Assembly: GCA_030066785.1 (NCBI GenBank)
Contig: JASJAZ010000006.1
Span: 3,504-67,503 of the forward strand
Length of the DNA: 64,000 nt
From: Desulfobacterales bacterium
GTDB lineage: Bacteria; Desulfobacterota; Desulfobacteria; Desulfobacterales; JASJAZ01
Direction: 5' to 3'
Shown: positions 48,623 through 59,812 of the stretch, piece after piece
How positions within the stretch are numbered: the stretch's first letter is position 1
Layout: every line of letters begins with the position of its first letter
The notes under the pieces: generated by a model
What the model was told of the DNA's origin: nothing
Databases searched by the model: none
What the model saw: only the letters and a program-made list of their open reading frames with translations
Made by a program: the position numbers and the translations under genes

Positions 48623-49789
48623 TTAGTCCCTGGACAAATTCGTCCAAAGGTAGCAAGCCACAAAATGATGATTGCCAATCTCCACAAGCATCGGAAAACT
48701 TTTCCGGCAAATCTCCTTGCAATGTGGACAACGGGGATGAAATCGACACCCCCGGGGCGGCGCAACAAGGTTGGGGACACTGCCTTCGATACTTTGCAAC
48801 GGGCCTTTCTGAGAGAGCCGCGGAACTGAATGCAGTAACGCCTGCGTGTAAGGATGCTTGGGGTTACCAAACAAATCCTTGACATTGGCAACTTCACACA
48901 GTTGACCGGCATACATAACCCCGACGCGATCGCAGGTTTCAGCCACCACACCCAGATCATGGGTAATCAGTAGAACCGAAGAAATCTCTTTCTGCCTTAA
49001 CTCACGCAGCAATTCCAGAATCTGAGCCTGAATCGTGACATCAAGATTTGAGGTGGCTTCATCGGCAATCAACAGCACCGGATGGCAAGCCAACGCAATG
49101 GCAATAACGATGCGTTGCTTCATGCCACCGGACAAATTATGCGGATAGCTTTTGACAATCTCTTCCGCATTGGAAATGCCAAGCTTAGCGATAATGTCAA
49201 CAGAGCGCCGCAGCGCTTCCCGTTTAAGTAAGCGATCCCAGTATTTAAAAACCGGAACGCGACTCAGAAACTTTAATAGCCACGCACCTGTGTTTTTCGC
49301 AGCCAACCGATACAGAGGCTGCAAAAGTTTCTTAACCGGTAAAAAAATTTGGCAATCGGGTGAATAGAGCGTGTCGCTGATTTGGCGACACATTTCTTGT
49401 TTGCGATGGAACAGAAAACTTTCCGATACCTGATCACCGATGCTCATTATGGGGTTGAGGGCCGCATTGGGCTCTTGAAAAATCATTGAAATACTGTCAC
49501 CGCGCAACGCCTGCATATACTTTTCATTTTGCGACAGCAATTCGATACCCTCGGTGTCTTGCTGGGCATTCTGGAAAAACCAGACCTCGCCATCCTCCAC
49601 TTTGCCCGGGGCCTGAATGATTCGTAGCAGAGACCGCACCGTTACACTCTTGCCACAGCCGGATTCGCCCACCAAACCGAAGGTGGTTCCATGCTCGATC
49701 GTCAGGTTGACCTTATCAAGGGCCCTGACCACCCCTTCGTAGGTGTAGAAGTTGGTTATAAGATCAATTGTTTGAACTAATTTGGTCAT
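48623..49789 (-). CDS. Oligopeptide/dipeptide-type ABC transporter ATP-binding protein (OppD/DppD-like) with an insertion of about 60 aa before the signature motif
   Basis: [17 protein letters not shown] and [12 protein letters not shown]. There is an extra segment between the Q-loop and the signature (..[42 protein letters not shown]..). Confidence 0.85.
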   Translation of the reverse strand: MTKLVQTIDLITNFYTYEGVVRALDKVNLTIEHGTTFGLVGESGCGKSVTVRSLLRIIQAPGKVEDGEVWFFQNAQQDTEGIELLSQNEKYMQALRGDSISMIFQEPNAALNPIMSIGDQVSESFLFHRKQEMCRQISDTLYSPDCQIFLPVKKLLQPLYRLAAKNTGAWLLKFLSRVPVFKYWDRLLKREALRRSVDIIAKLGISNAEEIVKSYPHNLSGGMKQRIVIAIALACHPVLLIADEATSNLDVTIQAQILELLRELRQKEISSVLLITHDLGVVAETCDRVGVMYAGQLCEVANVKDLFGNPKHPYTQALLHSVPRLSQKGPLQSIEGSVPNLVAPPRGCRFHPRCPHCKEICRKSFPMLVEIGNHHFVACYLWTNLSRD

Positions 49790-49865
49790 GGTTGTTAAAA
49801 TGTTATCTTGATGTAAAGCTCTACATCAGGTGTCTCTAATACTGAGAGCTAATCTGCTAAATTGT

Positions 49866-50777
49866 TTAGCGTCTGCGCAGCTTGGGATCAAAGGCATCCC
49901 GCAGGGCATCGCCAATCAGATTCCAAGCCAACACGAACAGGATAATACACGCACCCGGTATGACGATGGTGTACCAGAACCTCAGTGGATCATCGACCGG
50001 CCCCACAATATAGTTTCGGGCCAAGGCTACCATTTGCCCCCAGTCTGCATAGCCTTTGGGTGCGCCCAGGCCGACAAAACTTAAAAAAGCAGCGGTAATG
50101 ACCATGGAGCCCATGTCCATGGAGGCCATGATCAGTACCGGATATATCGCATTGGGCAAAATGTGCCGGGTGATAATGATAAAATCAGAAACACCCATTA
50201 GTTTGGCTGCATGCACAAAATCCTGGTCACGCAGCGTCAAGATTTCCGACCGGATCACGCGTACATACCACCGCCATTGAACCAAAGCTAGCGCAATCAT
50301 TATTTTATCCAACCCGCGCCCAAAGGCCACCACAATGGCCATGGCCAATACCAGCGTGGGAATGGCCCACATAATATCAATCAGGCGCATCAGAATTTCA
50401 TCCAATAAACCACCATAGTATCCTGCAATAGCACCCAAGCTGATGCCCACAATGCCAGCAATCAGGACGACAAAAAGTCCGATCTTGAAGGCTGTACGTG
50501 TTCCCCACACGGCACCATAGAAAATATCGTACTGGCCGGAGGTTGTTCCGAAAATATTTTGTTCGCTGGGTGGTTTGGGGGTCGGCGAATAGCCCTTATG
50601 GGGCATCATATAGGGATTGAACTGATTTTTAGGCGGCGCAATGACCGGCGCCAGCATAGCCACTGCCATAAAACAAAAAAGTAGCATGAAACCGATAATG
50701 GCAGAGGGATTACGAAAAATCCGATGCAGCGTAAATTTAAATTCGCGCCAGCGTGGATGAAATTTGTTCGTTGCCAT
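49866..50777 (-). CDS. ABC peptide transporter permease (OppC/DppC-like)
   Basis: 303 aa, BPD_transp_1-type membrane protein within the opp-like operon. Confidence 0.85.
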   Translation of the reverse strand: MATNKFHPRWREFKFTLHRIFRNPSAIIGFMLLFCFMAVAMLAPVIAPPKNQFNPYMMPHKGYSPTPKPPSEQNIFGTTSGQYDIFYGAVWGTRTAFKIGLFVVLIAGIVGISLGAIAGYYGGLLDEILMRLIDIMWAIPTLVLAMAIVVAFGRGLDKIMIALALVQWRWYVRVIRSEILTLRDQDFVHAAKLMGVSDFIIITRHILPNAIYPVLIMASMDMGSMVITAAFLSFVGLGAPKGYADWGQMVALARNYIVGPVDDPLRFWYTIVIPGACIILFVLAWNLIGDALRDAFDPKLRRR

Positions 50778-50798
50778 CGTTTAACTGATATATGCAGT

Positions 50799-51830
50799 TT
50801 AGTTTAATCGAATTCGCGGATCGATGACGGCGTACATAATATCTAAAATTAAATTGGTGATCACAAAAACGACCCCCATAAACAAACAGATGCACATCAA
50901 TACCGGCATATCCAGCTGAGTGGCCGATTCAGCCAGCCACCATCCAATTCCGTGACGGTTATAGACCACTTCAACCGAAACACTGCCCTCCATGGACAAA
51001 GCCACCAGCTGACCGGCAACCGTCACCACCGGCAACAACGCGTTGCGGCGCGCATGTTTGAAGTTAACCGTTTTATTGTCCGCACCCTTGGCGCGCGCTG
51101 TTAACACGTAATCTTTTGATAATTCCTCGATGATGCCGGAACGCATGACCCGCATATTAAGTGCCACCACCACAATTACATAGGTGATAATCGGTAAAAC
51201 CAGATGGTGCAGGCCATCCAGCGCAATATCCAGACGACCATTTAAAATCCCATCGATGGTATACATACCCGTATAGGGTGTAAATTTATCGGGATTGTCG
51301 ATGATAAACAGGGTAAGTTCATCACTGAGCACCCCCGGCGAAAAAGCTTGAAAATAGCCGTAAAATACCATGAGCAGAATAAGAGCAAATAGAAAGGTGG
51401 GTAGCGACCAGCCGATGATGGCAAAGATACGGGTAGAGTGATCCACCCAGGTGTCGCGATGGATACCAGATACCGATCCCAGCCATATGCCAAAAAAAAT
51501 GACGATCGGTGCGGCAAACAGGTTCATTTCCAGCGTAACCGGAAAATAGCGCCAAAACGCCTCGCCTACCGGACGGGCGGCAACGAGCGACCAACCGAGA
51601 TTACCCTTAGCGACCTCTTTGATCCAACGAAAATACTGGTGGTAGAAAGGGTCATCGAGACCAAATTGTTTTATTATTTTGGGGATATCTTTGGCCTGTT
51701 GGGGGGTGGTGACATAGGCGGCTGCGCGGCGTTCCGGACTGAACGTCATCAAAATACCGAAAATCAGAACCGACACGCCGAAAAGAACGAAGATTAAAAA
51801 AAAGAATCTGCGAATGATAAAGGGCAGCAT
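50799..51830 (-). CDS. ABC peptide transporter permease (OppB/DppB-like)
   Basis: 343 aa. MLPFIIRRFFFLIFVLFGVSVLIF is a typical OppB N-terminus. Confidence 0.85.
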   Translation of the reverse strand: MLPFIIRRFFFLIFVLFGVSVLIFGILMTFSPERRAAAYVTTPQQAKDIPKIIKQFGLDDPFYHQYFRWIKEVAKGNLGWSLVAARPVGEAFWRYFPVTLEMNLFAAPIVIFFGIWLGSVSGIHRDTWVDHSTRIFAIIGWSLPTFLFALILLMVFYGYFQAFSPGVLSDELTLFIIDNPDKFTPYTGMYTIDGILNGRLDIALDGLHHLVLPIITYVIVVVALNMRVMRSGIIEELSKDYVLTARAKGADNKTVNFKHARRNALLPVVTVAGQLVALSMEGSVSVEVVYNRHGIGWWLAESATQLDMPVLMCICLFMGVVFVITNLILDIMYAVIDPRIRLN

Positions 51831-51912
51831 AGGGTGCGGATGGCGTATGCCGTATATTTGGATACGCTGGGAAGCTGCAGCTTCCCAGCGCCGGTTTCAG
51901 TTGTAAGTCTGG

Positions 51913-53772
51913 CTATTGCTTGTGGATATCCATCAGCATTTCGTTGGCATCGGTTAGCATGGCATTGGGAACAAATCCGTGCACCCAATCCCGATAGGCA
52001 CGCACCACAATTTGCTGGTAAATCGTGTTGCCGATGGCTTCCGCGTACCACAAATCTTGTAAGCGATGATATACTTTTTCACGCTCCTTGGGATCCACGT
52101 TGGCAATACCGGCTTCACAGAGTTTGTCCACTTCATCATTCTGATACGCCATATAACGACCATAAACGCCCCGCGAATGCATGAACGTATACATAAAATT
52201 ATGCGGGTCCGGATAATCGGCACCCCAACCGATGATAAATATGGGAAACATGAAATTGCGGTATTGAACCAAATAGTCTTTCCATTCGACATTACGGACC
52301 TCGATCTGAAATTTGGGATTTAGCGACATAATGTTCTCAGCCATCATGTGGGCTGCGGCTTCGCGCATTTCATTACCGGTATTGTGGGTAATGATCATTT
52401 TGAAACCCTTTTCCCAAGCCTGGCCACCCCAGGCCTTTTGCATGTAATCCCTGGCTTTATTCACATCAAATTCATAAACCGGCACGTCCTTATGATAAGG
52501 CAGCCCCTTAACATTGGGGCTGGTGGGCATAATGACCAGATTGTTAAATACATCTTGGGCATAGGTTTTGCGATCAAAAGCATGCAGAAATGCTTTGCGC
52601 ACATTGATGTCACTGAAAAAATCCGGAGGAATACCTTTCCCATCCAGTTTCCCACTGCCGATATTGGGATTTCCGGTGGGATTCACTTTTTGGCAGAAAA
52701 AGGCCGCGCTCACAGACAGCAAGGGCACCTCATAAAACTTGAGCCCTTTGATAGCTTTGACTTCCGGAACATAGGGATTATCAACGCGCACACGATCAGC
52801 ATCGCCATTTTGAAGCATCAGTTTGCGGGTACTCCATTCTTTCACGTATTTCACAATGGCGCGCTTCAATTTGGGTTGCGGGCCCCAATATCCATCAAAG
52901 CGCTCAAATACAAATTCTTTGTTTGGTTCCCAGGATTTCATCTTGTAAGCATTGGTGCCATTGGCAATTTTTAGCAGAGGCTCATGGCCGGGAGCGGGAT
53001 TATTGAATTTAGACGCATTTTTAATGTTGCCATCCCAACAGCCGTTGGCAATACACCATTGCTTGCTTAAAATTACGGATGAAGAATAGGCCAGAATACC
53101 CATAAAGGGCGGATACGGTTTGGGCAGATGAAATATTACCTGGTCGCCTTTGGCTTCCACGCACTTATCGATCTTTTCATAAATTCCTGGAATTATTTTA
53201 CCCTCTTTGTCACGGGTCGATCCTTCGCCTGTCAAAGCCTCAAGCAGCATCCACATGGGACCACCATCCGGATCAGCGATCATATTACGCTTAAACGTAT
53301 AAACCACATCTTCAGGGGTGAGGCTTTGACCTTCGTGGAATTTGATGCCCTTGCGAATGGTAAACTTGTAGGTTCGGCCGTCCTCCGAAATACCGCCATT
53401 TTCAAGCGTCGGCACTTCCATGGCCACCAAAGGCTTATATTTATCGGTATGCGATCCGTCAAAAAAGATAAGTGGTTCGTAAATATTCCACAAACGTTGC
53501 GATGACGTCACATCGTAAGCGACACAAGGGTCCAATGTCCTCAGGTTGCCATAATTTGCGAGAATAAATGTATCGGGGTTTTTAATCTCAGGCTTTGCTA
53601 ATTGCTGTGTCAGCTCATCAATCTTCTTCTTCAACTCCTCATTTTCTTGAGTTAAGTTAGCAATTTTTTCATTAAGATCAGCAATCTCTTGGGAGGTATC
53701 GGATGGTTTTTCGGCACAAGCAAATAAAATAAAAGAACATAAAAAAACCAGAAGAAATGATAATCGTTTCAT
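51913..53772 (-). CDS. Family-5 ABC substrate-binding lipoprotein (OppA/DppA-like) with an N-terminal coiled-coil linker
   Basis: 619 aa. Lipobox-like ILFAC, then a heptad-like stretch SQEIADLNEKIANLTQENEELKKKIDELTQQLAK, then an SBP_bac_5 core. Confidence 0.85.
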   Translation of the reverse strand: MKRLSFLLVFLCSFILFACAEKPSDTSQEIADLNEKIANLTQENEELKKKIDELTQQLAKPEIKNPDTFILANYGNLRTLDPCVAYDVTSSQRLWNIYEPLIFFDGSHTDKYKPLVAMEVPTLENGGISEDGRTYKFTIRKGIKFHEGQSLTPEDVVYTFKRNMIADPDGGPMWMLLEALTGEGSTRDKEGKIIPGIYEKIDKCVEAKGDQVIFHLPKPYPPFMGILAYSSSVILSKQWCIANGCWDGNIKNASKFNNPAPGHEPLLKIANGTNAYKMKSWEPNKEFVFERFDGYWGPQPKLKRAIVKYVKEWSTRKLMLQNGDADRVRVDNPYVPEVKAIKGLKFYEVPLLSVSAAFFCQKVNPTGNPNIGSGKLDGKGIPPDFFSDINVRKAFLHAFDRKTYAQDVFNNLVIMPTSPNVKGLPYHKDVPVYEFDVNKARDYMQKAWGGQAWEKGFKMIITHNTGNEMREAAAHMMAENIMSLNPKFQIEVRNVEWKDYLVQYRNFMFPIFIIGWGADYPDPHNFMYTFMHSRGVYGRYMAYQNDEVDKLCEAGIANVDPKEREKVYHRLQDLWYAEAIGNTIYQQIVVRAYRDWVHGFVPNAMLTDANEMLMDIHKQ

Positions 53773-53972
53773 ATAACCTCCTTTTGTTAGGGAATAATAA
53801 TAAAGCTGCCCATTAAATGAGCCTTTCCCGATGTAAAAATTCTTCTTCTAAATTTTATTCCATTTTAGACACAGATTAGAGCTAATAAGGCAGATGCGAT
53901 ATCATAAAACGAATTCATGTTGGGTGGCTTGATAAGGTATGAAACAATTGATTACAAAATATTCTTAGGTAT

Positions 53973-54371
53973 TCATAAAGTTTTTAAAAACTCTATAAGA
54001 TGACTAATCTTGATTTCAGATAACTTTGCAAATGACGGCATGGTTCCCACCGGTGTTTTGATTTGTTTGCGGATGTTATCTTCAGTGACCGGCAATCCGC
54101 TGACGGGCAGTTTGTCTCTTGTAAAAAGCCTCTGCAGACCGGGGCCGACCTTTCTTTCCGTTGATTCGGTGTGGTGACACATGGCACAATTGATGCTGAA
54201 CAACGATGCACCTTCTTCAATTGAATCCCCACGTGCGCTGGGGATAAAAATGATAGAGGCCGTTGCCCACATAAAACCGACCAAAAGAATCAGCGATATT
54301 GAAAAATGAGAAAATTTTTGTATGCGCTTGATGCTGTGGGAGAGTCTTTTTGGGTTTTCCGGGTTGATCAT
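53973..54371 (-). CDS. Membrane-anchored monohaem c-type cytochrome
   Basis: One TM segment, then CAMCHH (CxxCH) with a distal Met (GTMPSF). The start is at MINPEN after AAAGGA. Confidence 0.7.
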   Translation of the reverse strand: MINPENPKRLSHSIKRIQKFSHFSISLILLVGFMWATASIIFIPSARGDSIEEGASLFSINCAMCHHTESTERKVGPGLQRLFTRDKLPVSGLPVTEDNIRKQIKTPVGTMPSFAKLSEIKISHLIEFLKTL

Positions 54372-54671
54372 GCGAAATCCTTTTTTATATATTGTAAAAG
54401 ACACATCACACATCCGGTACAGATTGAATCAGAAGGGCACAGTGCGCCAATAATGCTCCTATTGATTACCTAATTGCACAGCTGTATGTCAATTTCATTT
54501 TGCTAAATAAGTTTAAATTAGCCTCGCAAATAAGGAGCGTCGTAAAAAATAAAACAATAATAAACCGGCCGTTCCTGATGATGCCAATTACCTGACTTAA
54601 AGGTCCAGCTTCAAAAAGAAAATCATTATTCTAATTTTTGATGCCAACACAACGAAGGGAAAATACAAAAC

Positions 54672-55481
54672 ATGCTGCCGCTGATCGAACGCTCTTTTCT
54701 GCAAATCACCCATTGGCTGTATGCGCGATTACCCCAGCCGGCATCAGACTTAAAGCGTTTACGCGAGTGCCGTATTATTTCTCACCGTGGCGAGCATGAC
54801 AATCAGCGCATTATGGAAAACACTCTGCCTGCGTTTGATCGCATATTAGCTTGCGGGGCTTGGGGAATTGAATTTGACGTGCGCTGGACCAAAGATCTAC
54901 ACCCGGTCATTTTTCATGACAGCGATCTTAAGCGGTTATTCAATGCAAATGCCAAAATCTGTGATCTGCAGCTGGCCGATTTAAAACATGATTTTCCAGC
55001 TATTCCAACCCTTGAAGCGGTGGTAGAACGATATGGAAATAAACTGCATTTAATGGTGGAAATTAAAAAAGAACGATTCCCGGATCCAGAGCGACAAAAT
55101 CAAATTTTGGCAAATACTTTTAAACCACTGCAGCCTTCGATCGATTTTCATTGCATGTCCCTGTATCCCGAAATTTTCACGATATTTAAGGATTTGCCGC
55201 CCGAGGCTTTTTTGCCGATTGCCCGGGCAAACGTGCACCGGTTCAGTGACCTGGCCTTGGCCAATCATTACGGCGGCGTCACGGGACACTTCCTATTGTT
55301 GAGTAACCGCATCTTGGCAATACACCACCAAAACGGCTCAAAAGTAGGCACAGGCTTTATCGAATCAATCAACTGTTTATTTCGGGAGTTAAATCGAAGC
55401 GTCGATTGGATTTTCAGTAATCGCGCGGTTTTCATTCAATCTATTTGCGATCGTTTCAAAGATCCTCAAAACACGACTTAG
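54672..55481 (+). CDS. Glycerophosphodiester phosphodiesterase family protein
   Basis: ISHRGEHDNQRIMENTLPAF...GIEFDVRWTKDLHPVIFHD is the GDPD catalytic pattern. Confidence 0.75.
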   Translation: MLPLIERSFLQITHWLYARLPQPASDLKRLRECRIISHRGEHDNQRIMENTLPAFDRILACGAWGIEFDVRWTKDLHPVIFHDSDLKRLFNANAKICDLQLADLKHDFPAIPTLEAVVERYGNKLHLMVEIKKERFPDPERQNQILANTFKPLQPSIDFHCMSLYPEIFTIFKDLPPEAFLPIARANVHRFSDLALANHYGGVTGHFLLLSNRILAIHHQNGSKVGTGFIESINCLFRELNRSVDWIFSNRAVFIQSICDRFKDPQNTT

Positions 55482-55499
55482 GTGTATGTTTTTCTACGG

Positions 55500-56837
55500 C
55501 TAAGTATCTGCCAAAAAAACAGCTTCCTGCTTCCCCTTTTCTTCATCCACAAATTTTAAAAAAACAGCACCCAAGAAAAACAATATTAGCAGAGAACCGA
55601 TTCCCCAGCGTGAAGCCATTTGTCCGACTTCAGTTATCTGCTCCGGCGTAGGTGCTTCTGGCATTAGAGCATTGCGGACAACCAAACCAACCAAGCCCAT
55701 CAACGCCGGTCCTATGATGGTGGCAAATTTTCCCAGCATGTTATAAAAACCATAAAATTCGGCCGCCTGCGCCTTGGGAATTAAACGGGCATAGTATGAT
55801 CGACTTAACGCCTGAATACCCCCCTGCACCAGGCCGATCATAATGGCTAAGATGTAAAACTCCTGCCGACTGGAAATCATAATTCCCCAAATAGTTATTA
55901 GCATGTAAATCCCAATGGCCAAAAATATCGATCTGCGCACACCCCAAGCTTGGCCAAGCTTGCCAAAAATCAATGCCGCGGGAAATCCGACAAACTGAAC
56001 CAGTAAAAGCGCCAGAATCAGATCATTGGAATGAAATCCCAAGGAGAGGCCGTAATCTACCGCCATGCGGATAATGGTATCGACGCCGTCAATATATAGC
56101 CAATATGCTAAAAGAAAAAGAAACACCATTTTTAAATGGCGAAGTTTTTTAAATGTTTTGGATAATTGCTTAAATCCATTAGTCAGGACCAAGCCGGTCT
56201 CACGTTGTCTGGATGCAGTTTTAACTTCAGGTACCCAGAATACGGTGAAAAGCGAAAAACCACCCCACCATAGAGCCACGGATAGAAAGGCATACCGCAC
56301 GGCAACACCGGCATCTGGGAAACCAAACCAATGGGGCTTTAGTGTCATTAGCACATTTATCAAAAACAACAGGCCGCCACCGAGATAGCCCAACGCAAAA
56401 CCGAAGCTCGAAGTAAAATCGATCTCTTTTTCATCCGCCACTGACGGCAACAACGCGTCATAAAATACATTAGCTCCGGAAAACCCGATGATGCCCATAA
56501 TATAGACAAAAATCGCCCATTGCCAGGCACCTTTCTGAACCAGAAACAACGCCGCTGTGGCTAAAACACCCAAGTAAGCAAATACGATTAAAAATTTTTT
56601 ACGTGCCGATCCGCGATCTGCAATGGCACCCAGCAGTGGTGCCATGACCGCCACAAGGATACTGGCGATTGAATTACCGAAACCCAGTTGTGCGGTACTA
56701 ACGTTTATATCGGTGCCATAGCTCCAATATTGTTTGAAAAATATCGGAAAAAACCCGGCCATAACGGTGGTTGCAAATGCGGAATTCGCCCAGTCATATA
56801 ACGCCCACCCCCAAACAGCTTTGCGATTACCTGACAT
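55500..56837 (-). CDS. MFS transporter (UMF1 / Atg22-like family)
   Basis: 445 aa with about 12 TM segments. The N-terminus WGWALYDWANSAFATTVMAGFFPIFF is typical of this family. Confidence 0.8.
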   Translation of the reverse strand: MSGNRKAVWGWALYDWANSAFATTVMAGFFPIFFKQYWSYGTDINVSTAQLGFGNSIASILVAVMAPLLGAIADRGSARKKFLIVFAYLGVLATAALFLVQKGAWQWAIFVYIMGIIGFSGANVFYDALLPSVADEKEIDFTSSFGFALGYLGGGLLFLINVLMTLKPHWFGFPDAGVAVRYAFLSVALWWGGFSLFTVFWVPEVKTASRQRETGLVLTNGFKQLSKTFKKLRHLKMVFLFLLAYWLYIDGVDTIIRMAVDYGLSLGFHSNDLILALLLVQFVGFPAALIFGKLGQAWGVRRSIFLAIGIYMLITIWGIMISSRQEFYILAIMIGLVQGGIQALSRSYYARLIPKAQAAEFYGFYNMLGKFATIIGPALMGLVGLVVRNALMPEAPTPEQITEVGQMASRWGIGSLLILFFLGAVFLKFVDEEKGKQEAVFLADT

Positions 56838-57067
56838 GATGAACTTCCTATCTGGCTAACAGTGTTAAAAAAGTGGCATCACCTATCCTTTTACACCCCT
56901 AAAGCAAGAGTTTGTTCTTGTAGAAAGCAACGATCGGCGCTATCAAATAGCTTACCTACGTCGGTTAACTAATTGTGATCGAAGACATGCACATCCTATT
57001 ATTTGAAGCATTGTCATCATATTTGCTTCTTTAACTATAATGAACCGCGCAATACTGGTGCTCAGCA

Positions 57068-58048
57068 ATGAGTCGAAGTTTTTGCATGCTAAGTTTCACT
57101 ATTTTCTTAGCTGTCAGCAATATAATAACAAATCCAACATGGGCAGGCCAATTCATGAATATGCCACCATCAACCATCGAACGTCTGCAGGCCCATCTCA
57201 AGGTGCTGACTCATGATATTGGCGAGCGCAGTGTTCGCATACCCAAAAATTTGCAAAAAACAGCGCGATACATCGAAAACCATCATCGCAACTTAGGTAT
57301 TCCGGTTAAAATAGAGCCTTACAAATACCATGGTATAACGGTCGAAAATATTGTGGCTGAATTTAATTTGGGCAAGAACCCAAGCTATCACTATATTATC
57401 GGTGCCCATTATGACTCAGTTGCGGGCACAGTCGGGGCGGACGACAATGCCAGCGCAATTGCTGTTCAGCTTGAGGTCGCCCACCGACTGCATTTTCTGT
57501 TAGACAAGGAAAATTTGAATATCCATATCAAATTCGTATCTTTTGCCTTGGAAGAACCACCGGCATTTGGAACCCGTTTTATGGGCAGCCGTGTGTATGC
57601 CAAAGCGGCTAAGAAGGCCAGCGAAAAAATAGATGGCATGATTTGCCTGGAAATGGTGGGATATGCCTGCCATGAGGCCGGATGCCAGGGTTATCCCTTT
57701 CCGTTGATGTTGTTCGACTATCCAGATACAGGTAATTTCATCGGGATCATCGGTAACTTTGGTTCCAGAAAATTCATGCGGAAGGTGTTGACAGCTTTTT
57801 CGCAAAACAGCCGTTTGCCGGTAGTTAATCTAACCGTGCCGTTCAACGGCTGGATTATGCCATCGGTAAGACTCAGCGATCACGCACCTTTTTGGGATAA
57901 CGGTTTCAAGGCTGTCATGATTACCGACTCAGCCTTTTATCGCAATCCGCATTATCATCTGGCGTCTGATACAATGGATAAACTCGATTTTCAATTTATG
58001 GCTGAAGTGGTGGAGAGTTTGCTAATTTTCTGCCGTACACACCAATGA
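57068..58048 (+). CDS. M28-family metallopeptidase
   Basis: GAHYDSVAGTVGADDNASAIAV, FALEEPP and SDHAPFW metal-ligand motifs, with a signal peptide. Confidence 0.8.
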   Translation: MSRSFCMLSFTIFLAVSNIITNPTWAGQFMNMPPSTIERLQAHLKVLTHDIGERSVRIPKNLQKTARYIENHHRNLGIPVKIEPYKYHGITVENIVAEFNLGKNPSYHYIIGAHYDSVAGTVGADDNASAIAVQLEVAHRLHFLLDKENLNIHIKFVSFALEEPPAFGTRFMGSRVYAKAAKKASEKIDGMICLEMVGYACHEAGCQGYPFPLMLFDYPDTGNFIGIIGNFGSRKFMRKVLTAFSQNSRLPVVNLTVPFNGWIMPSVRLSDHAPFWDNGFKAVMITDSAFYRNPHYHLASDTMDKLDFQFMAEVVESLLIFCRTHQ

Positions 58049-58096
58049 ATTAAAATGCTGGGTCATTGATCTGTTTTCAAATCATCACGCACGCAT

Positions 58097-58549
58097 TTAG
58101 CGCTGATAGCGGCCCATCATCTCAGCTTTTGCCAGGATACGGCCTTCCATTGCATCCAGAAGTTGCTGTTTACTAGCACCTGCGTCTAAATCAAGCATGG
58201 CATCCAACGCATACAATTTAAAGTAATAGCGGTGAATGCCGCCAGGCGGACAAGGTCCGCCGTAGCCAATGCGCTGAAAATCATTGGTGCCTTGTCGACC
58301 ACCTTGATCCGGTTGTTGGACTGGTATGACCCCTTCGGGAAGGCTATGCGTGCTTGGCGGAATGTTGAAATAAACCCAGTGAACCCACGTTCCCATGGGG
58401 GCATCCGGATCATCGCAGATAAGAGCAAAGCTTTGCACACCATCGGGAACAGCCTGCCATTGCAGATCCGGTGAAATATCATCCGCATCGCAGGTGTACC
58501 TGCTGGGAATCATGCCTTCATGCTTAAATGCCTGACTTGATAGTTCCAT
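58097..58549 (-). CDS. YbhB/YbcL (PEBP / Raf-kinase-inhibitor-like) family protein
   Basis: CDDPDAP...WVHW...GYGGPCPPGGIHRYYFKLYALD. Confidence 0.9.
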   Translation of the reverse strand: MELSSQAFKHEGMIPSRYTCDADDISPDLQWQAVPDGVQSFALICDDPDAPMGTWVHWVYFNIPPSTHSLPEGVIPVQQPDQGGRQGTNDFQRIGYGGPCPPGGIHRYYFKLYALDAMLDLDAGASKQQLLDAMEGRILAKAEMMGRYQR

Positions 58550-58711
58550 GCGAAAGCCTTTCTGAATATGGGGGTTTTATAATAGGTACTGCTCACACAA
58601 GCGTTTCAAAATTTCAAAAAGAATCCTGGTTAGAAAGCGATAATTGGAAGTCGGAAAACATTAATTATGTTCGATTATCGGTGTTTATTCAGGAGCTTAA
58701 ATCTTGTGCGA

Positions 58712-59812
58712 TCAGGCGGCAGCTTTCTCCTCTGGTTTGGTATCCCCGGCATTTTCGGCCTTGCGACGATGACTTGACCATGCCTTGAAAACGGCTTCGA
58801 TGAGAGTGGCCAATGGAATGGCAAAAAACAATCCCCATATGCCCCATATGCCACCAAAAATCAAAACAGCGGTTATAATCACAACGGGGTGCAAGTTAAC
58901 GACCTCGGAAAGCAGTAGTGGTGCCAATAAGTTACCGTCTAAAAGCTGGATGACAGAATAGGCAATGACCGCATAGGCTAAATCCGGCCCCCAACCCCAT
59001 TGAAAATACGCAATGATCGCCACAGGGAAAAACATTACAGTCACCCCTATATAGGGAACGATCACGGACAGACCCACAAAAAAGGCCAGCAACATCGTAA
59101 AATTTAAATCAATGAAGACAAATGTGATATAACTGGCCGTCCAAATGATTAATATTTCCCAAGCTTTACCGCGTATATAATTGCCAATTTGGCGGTTGGC
59201 GTCATTCCAGACCTCCATGACGAGGCTTCGATTTTCAGGCAAGAAGTCGGCAAACCAATCAAGGATGAGCTCTTTATCTTTCAAAAAGAAAAACACCATG
59301 AAAGGCACCAGAATAAGGTACACCAGCACTGAAATAAAGCCACGCACCGATGCCAATGATAATGATAGAAAACTCTGACCGAACCTGGTCAGCTCGTTGC
59401 CAATAAAATTCAATATTTGAGCGATTTGCCCTTCGGAGATAAAACCAGGATATCGCGCTGGTAAGCCCGTCAATTGTTGCTGGCCTAAGGCAATCATTGC
59501 CGGCAATTCCTGCAGTAGTTGGGCAATCTGTTTGGATATTTTGGGAAGCAAAAAGGTGATCAAAAATAAACCGCACGCAATGAAAATGATAAAGACAACG
59601 AGTACTGATACTATTCGAGGGATCTTAATTTGCTGCATCCTCAACACCATGCCGTCCAGCAAATAGGCAATGACAATACTGGCAATGACCGGGGTAAGAA
59701 TATGTCCCAGCAGCATGACGAGAATAAAGCCCAACAGGAGCAGAAAAATGAGGACAACGACCTGTGGATCAGAAAAGTGACGATCAATCCAATTACGAAA
59801 AAGCTGTATCAT
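58712..59812 (-). CDS. AI-2E family transporter (PerM/UPF0118)
   Basis: 366 aa, polytopic, with family-typical regions (NYIRGKAWEILIIW..., PYIGVTVMFFPVAI...). Confidence 0.8.
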   Translation of the reverse strand: MIQLFRNWIDRHFSDPQVVVLIFLLLLGFILVMLLGHILTPVIASIVIAYLLDGMVLRMQQIKIPRIVSVLVVFIIFIACGLFLITFLLPKISKQIAQLLQELPAMIALGQQQLTGLPARYPGFISEGQIAQILNFIGNELTRFGQSFLSLSLASVRGFISVLVYLILVPFMVFFFLKDKELILDWFADFLPENRSLVMEVWNDANRQIGNYIRGKAWEILIIWTASYITFVFIDLNFTMLLAFFVGLSVIVPYIGVTVMFFPVAIIAYFQWGWGPDLAYAVIAYSVIQLLDGNLLAPLLLSEVVNLHPVVIITAVLIFGGIWGIWGLFFAIPLATLIEAVFKAWSSHRRKAENAGDTKPEEKAAA

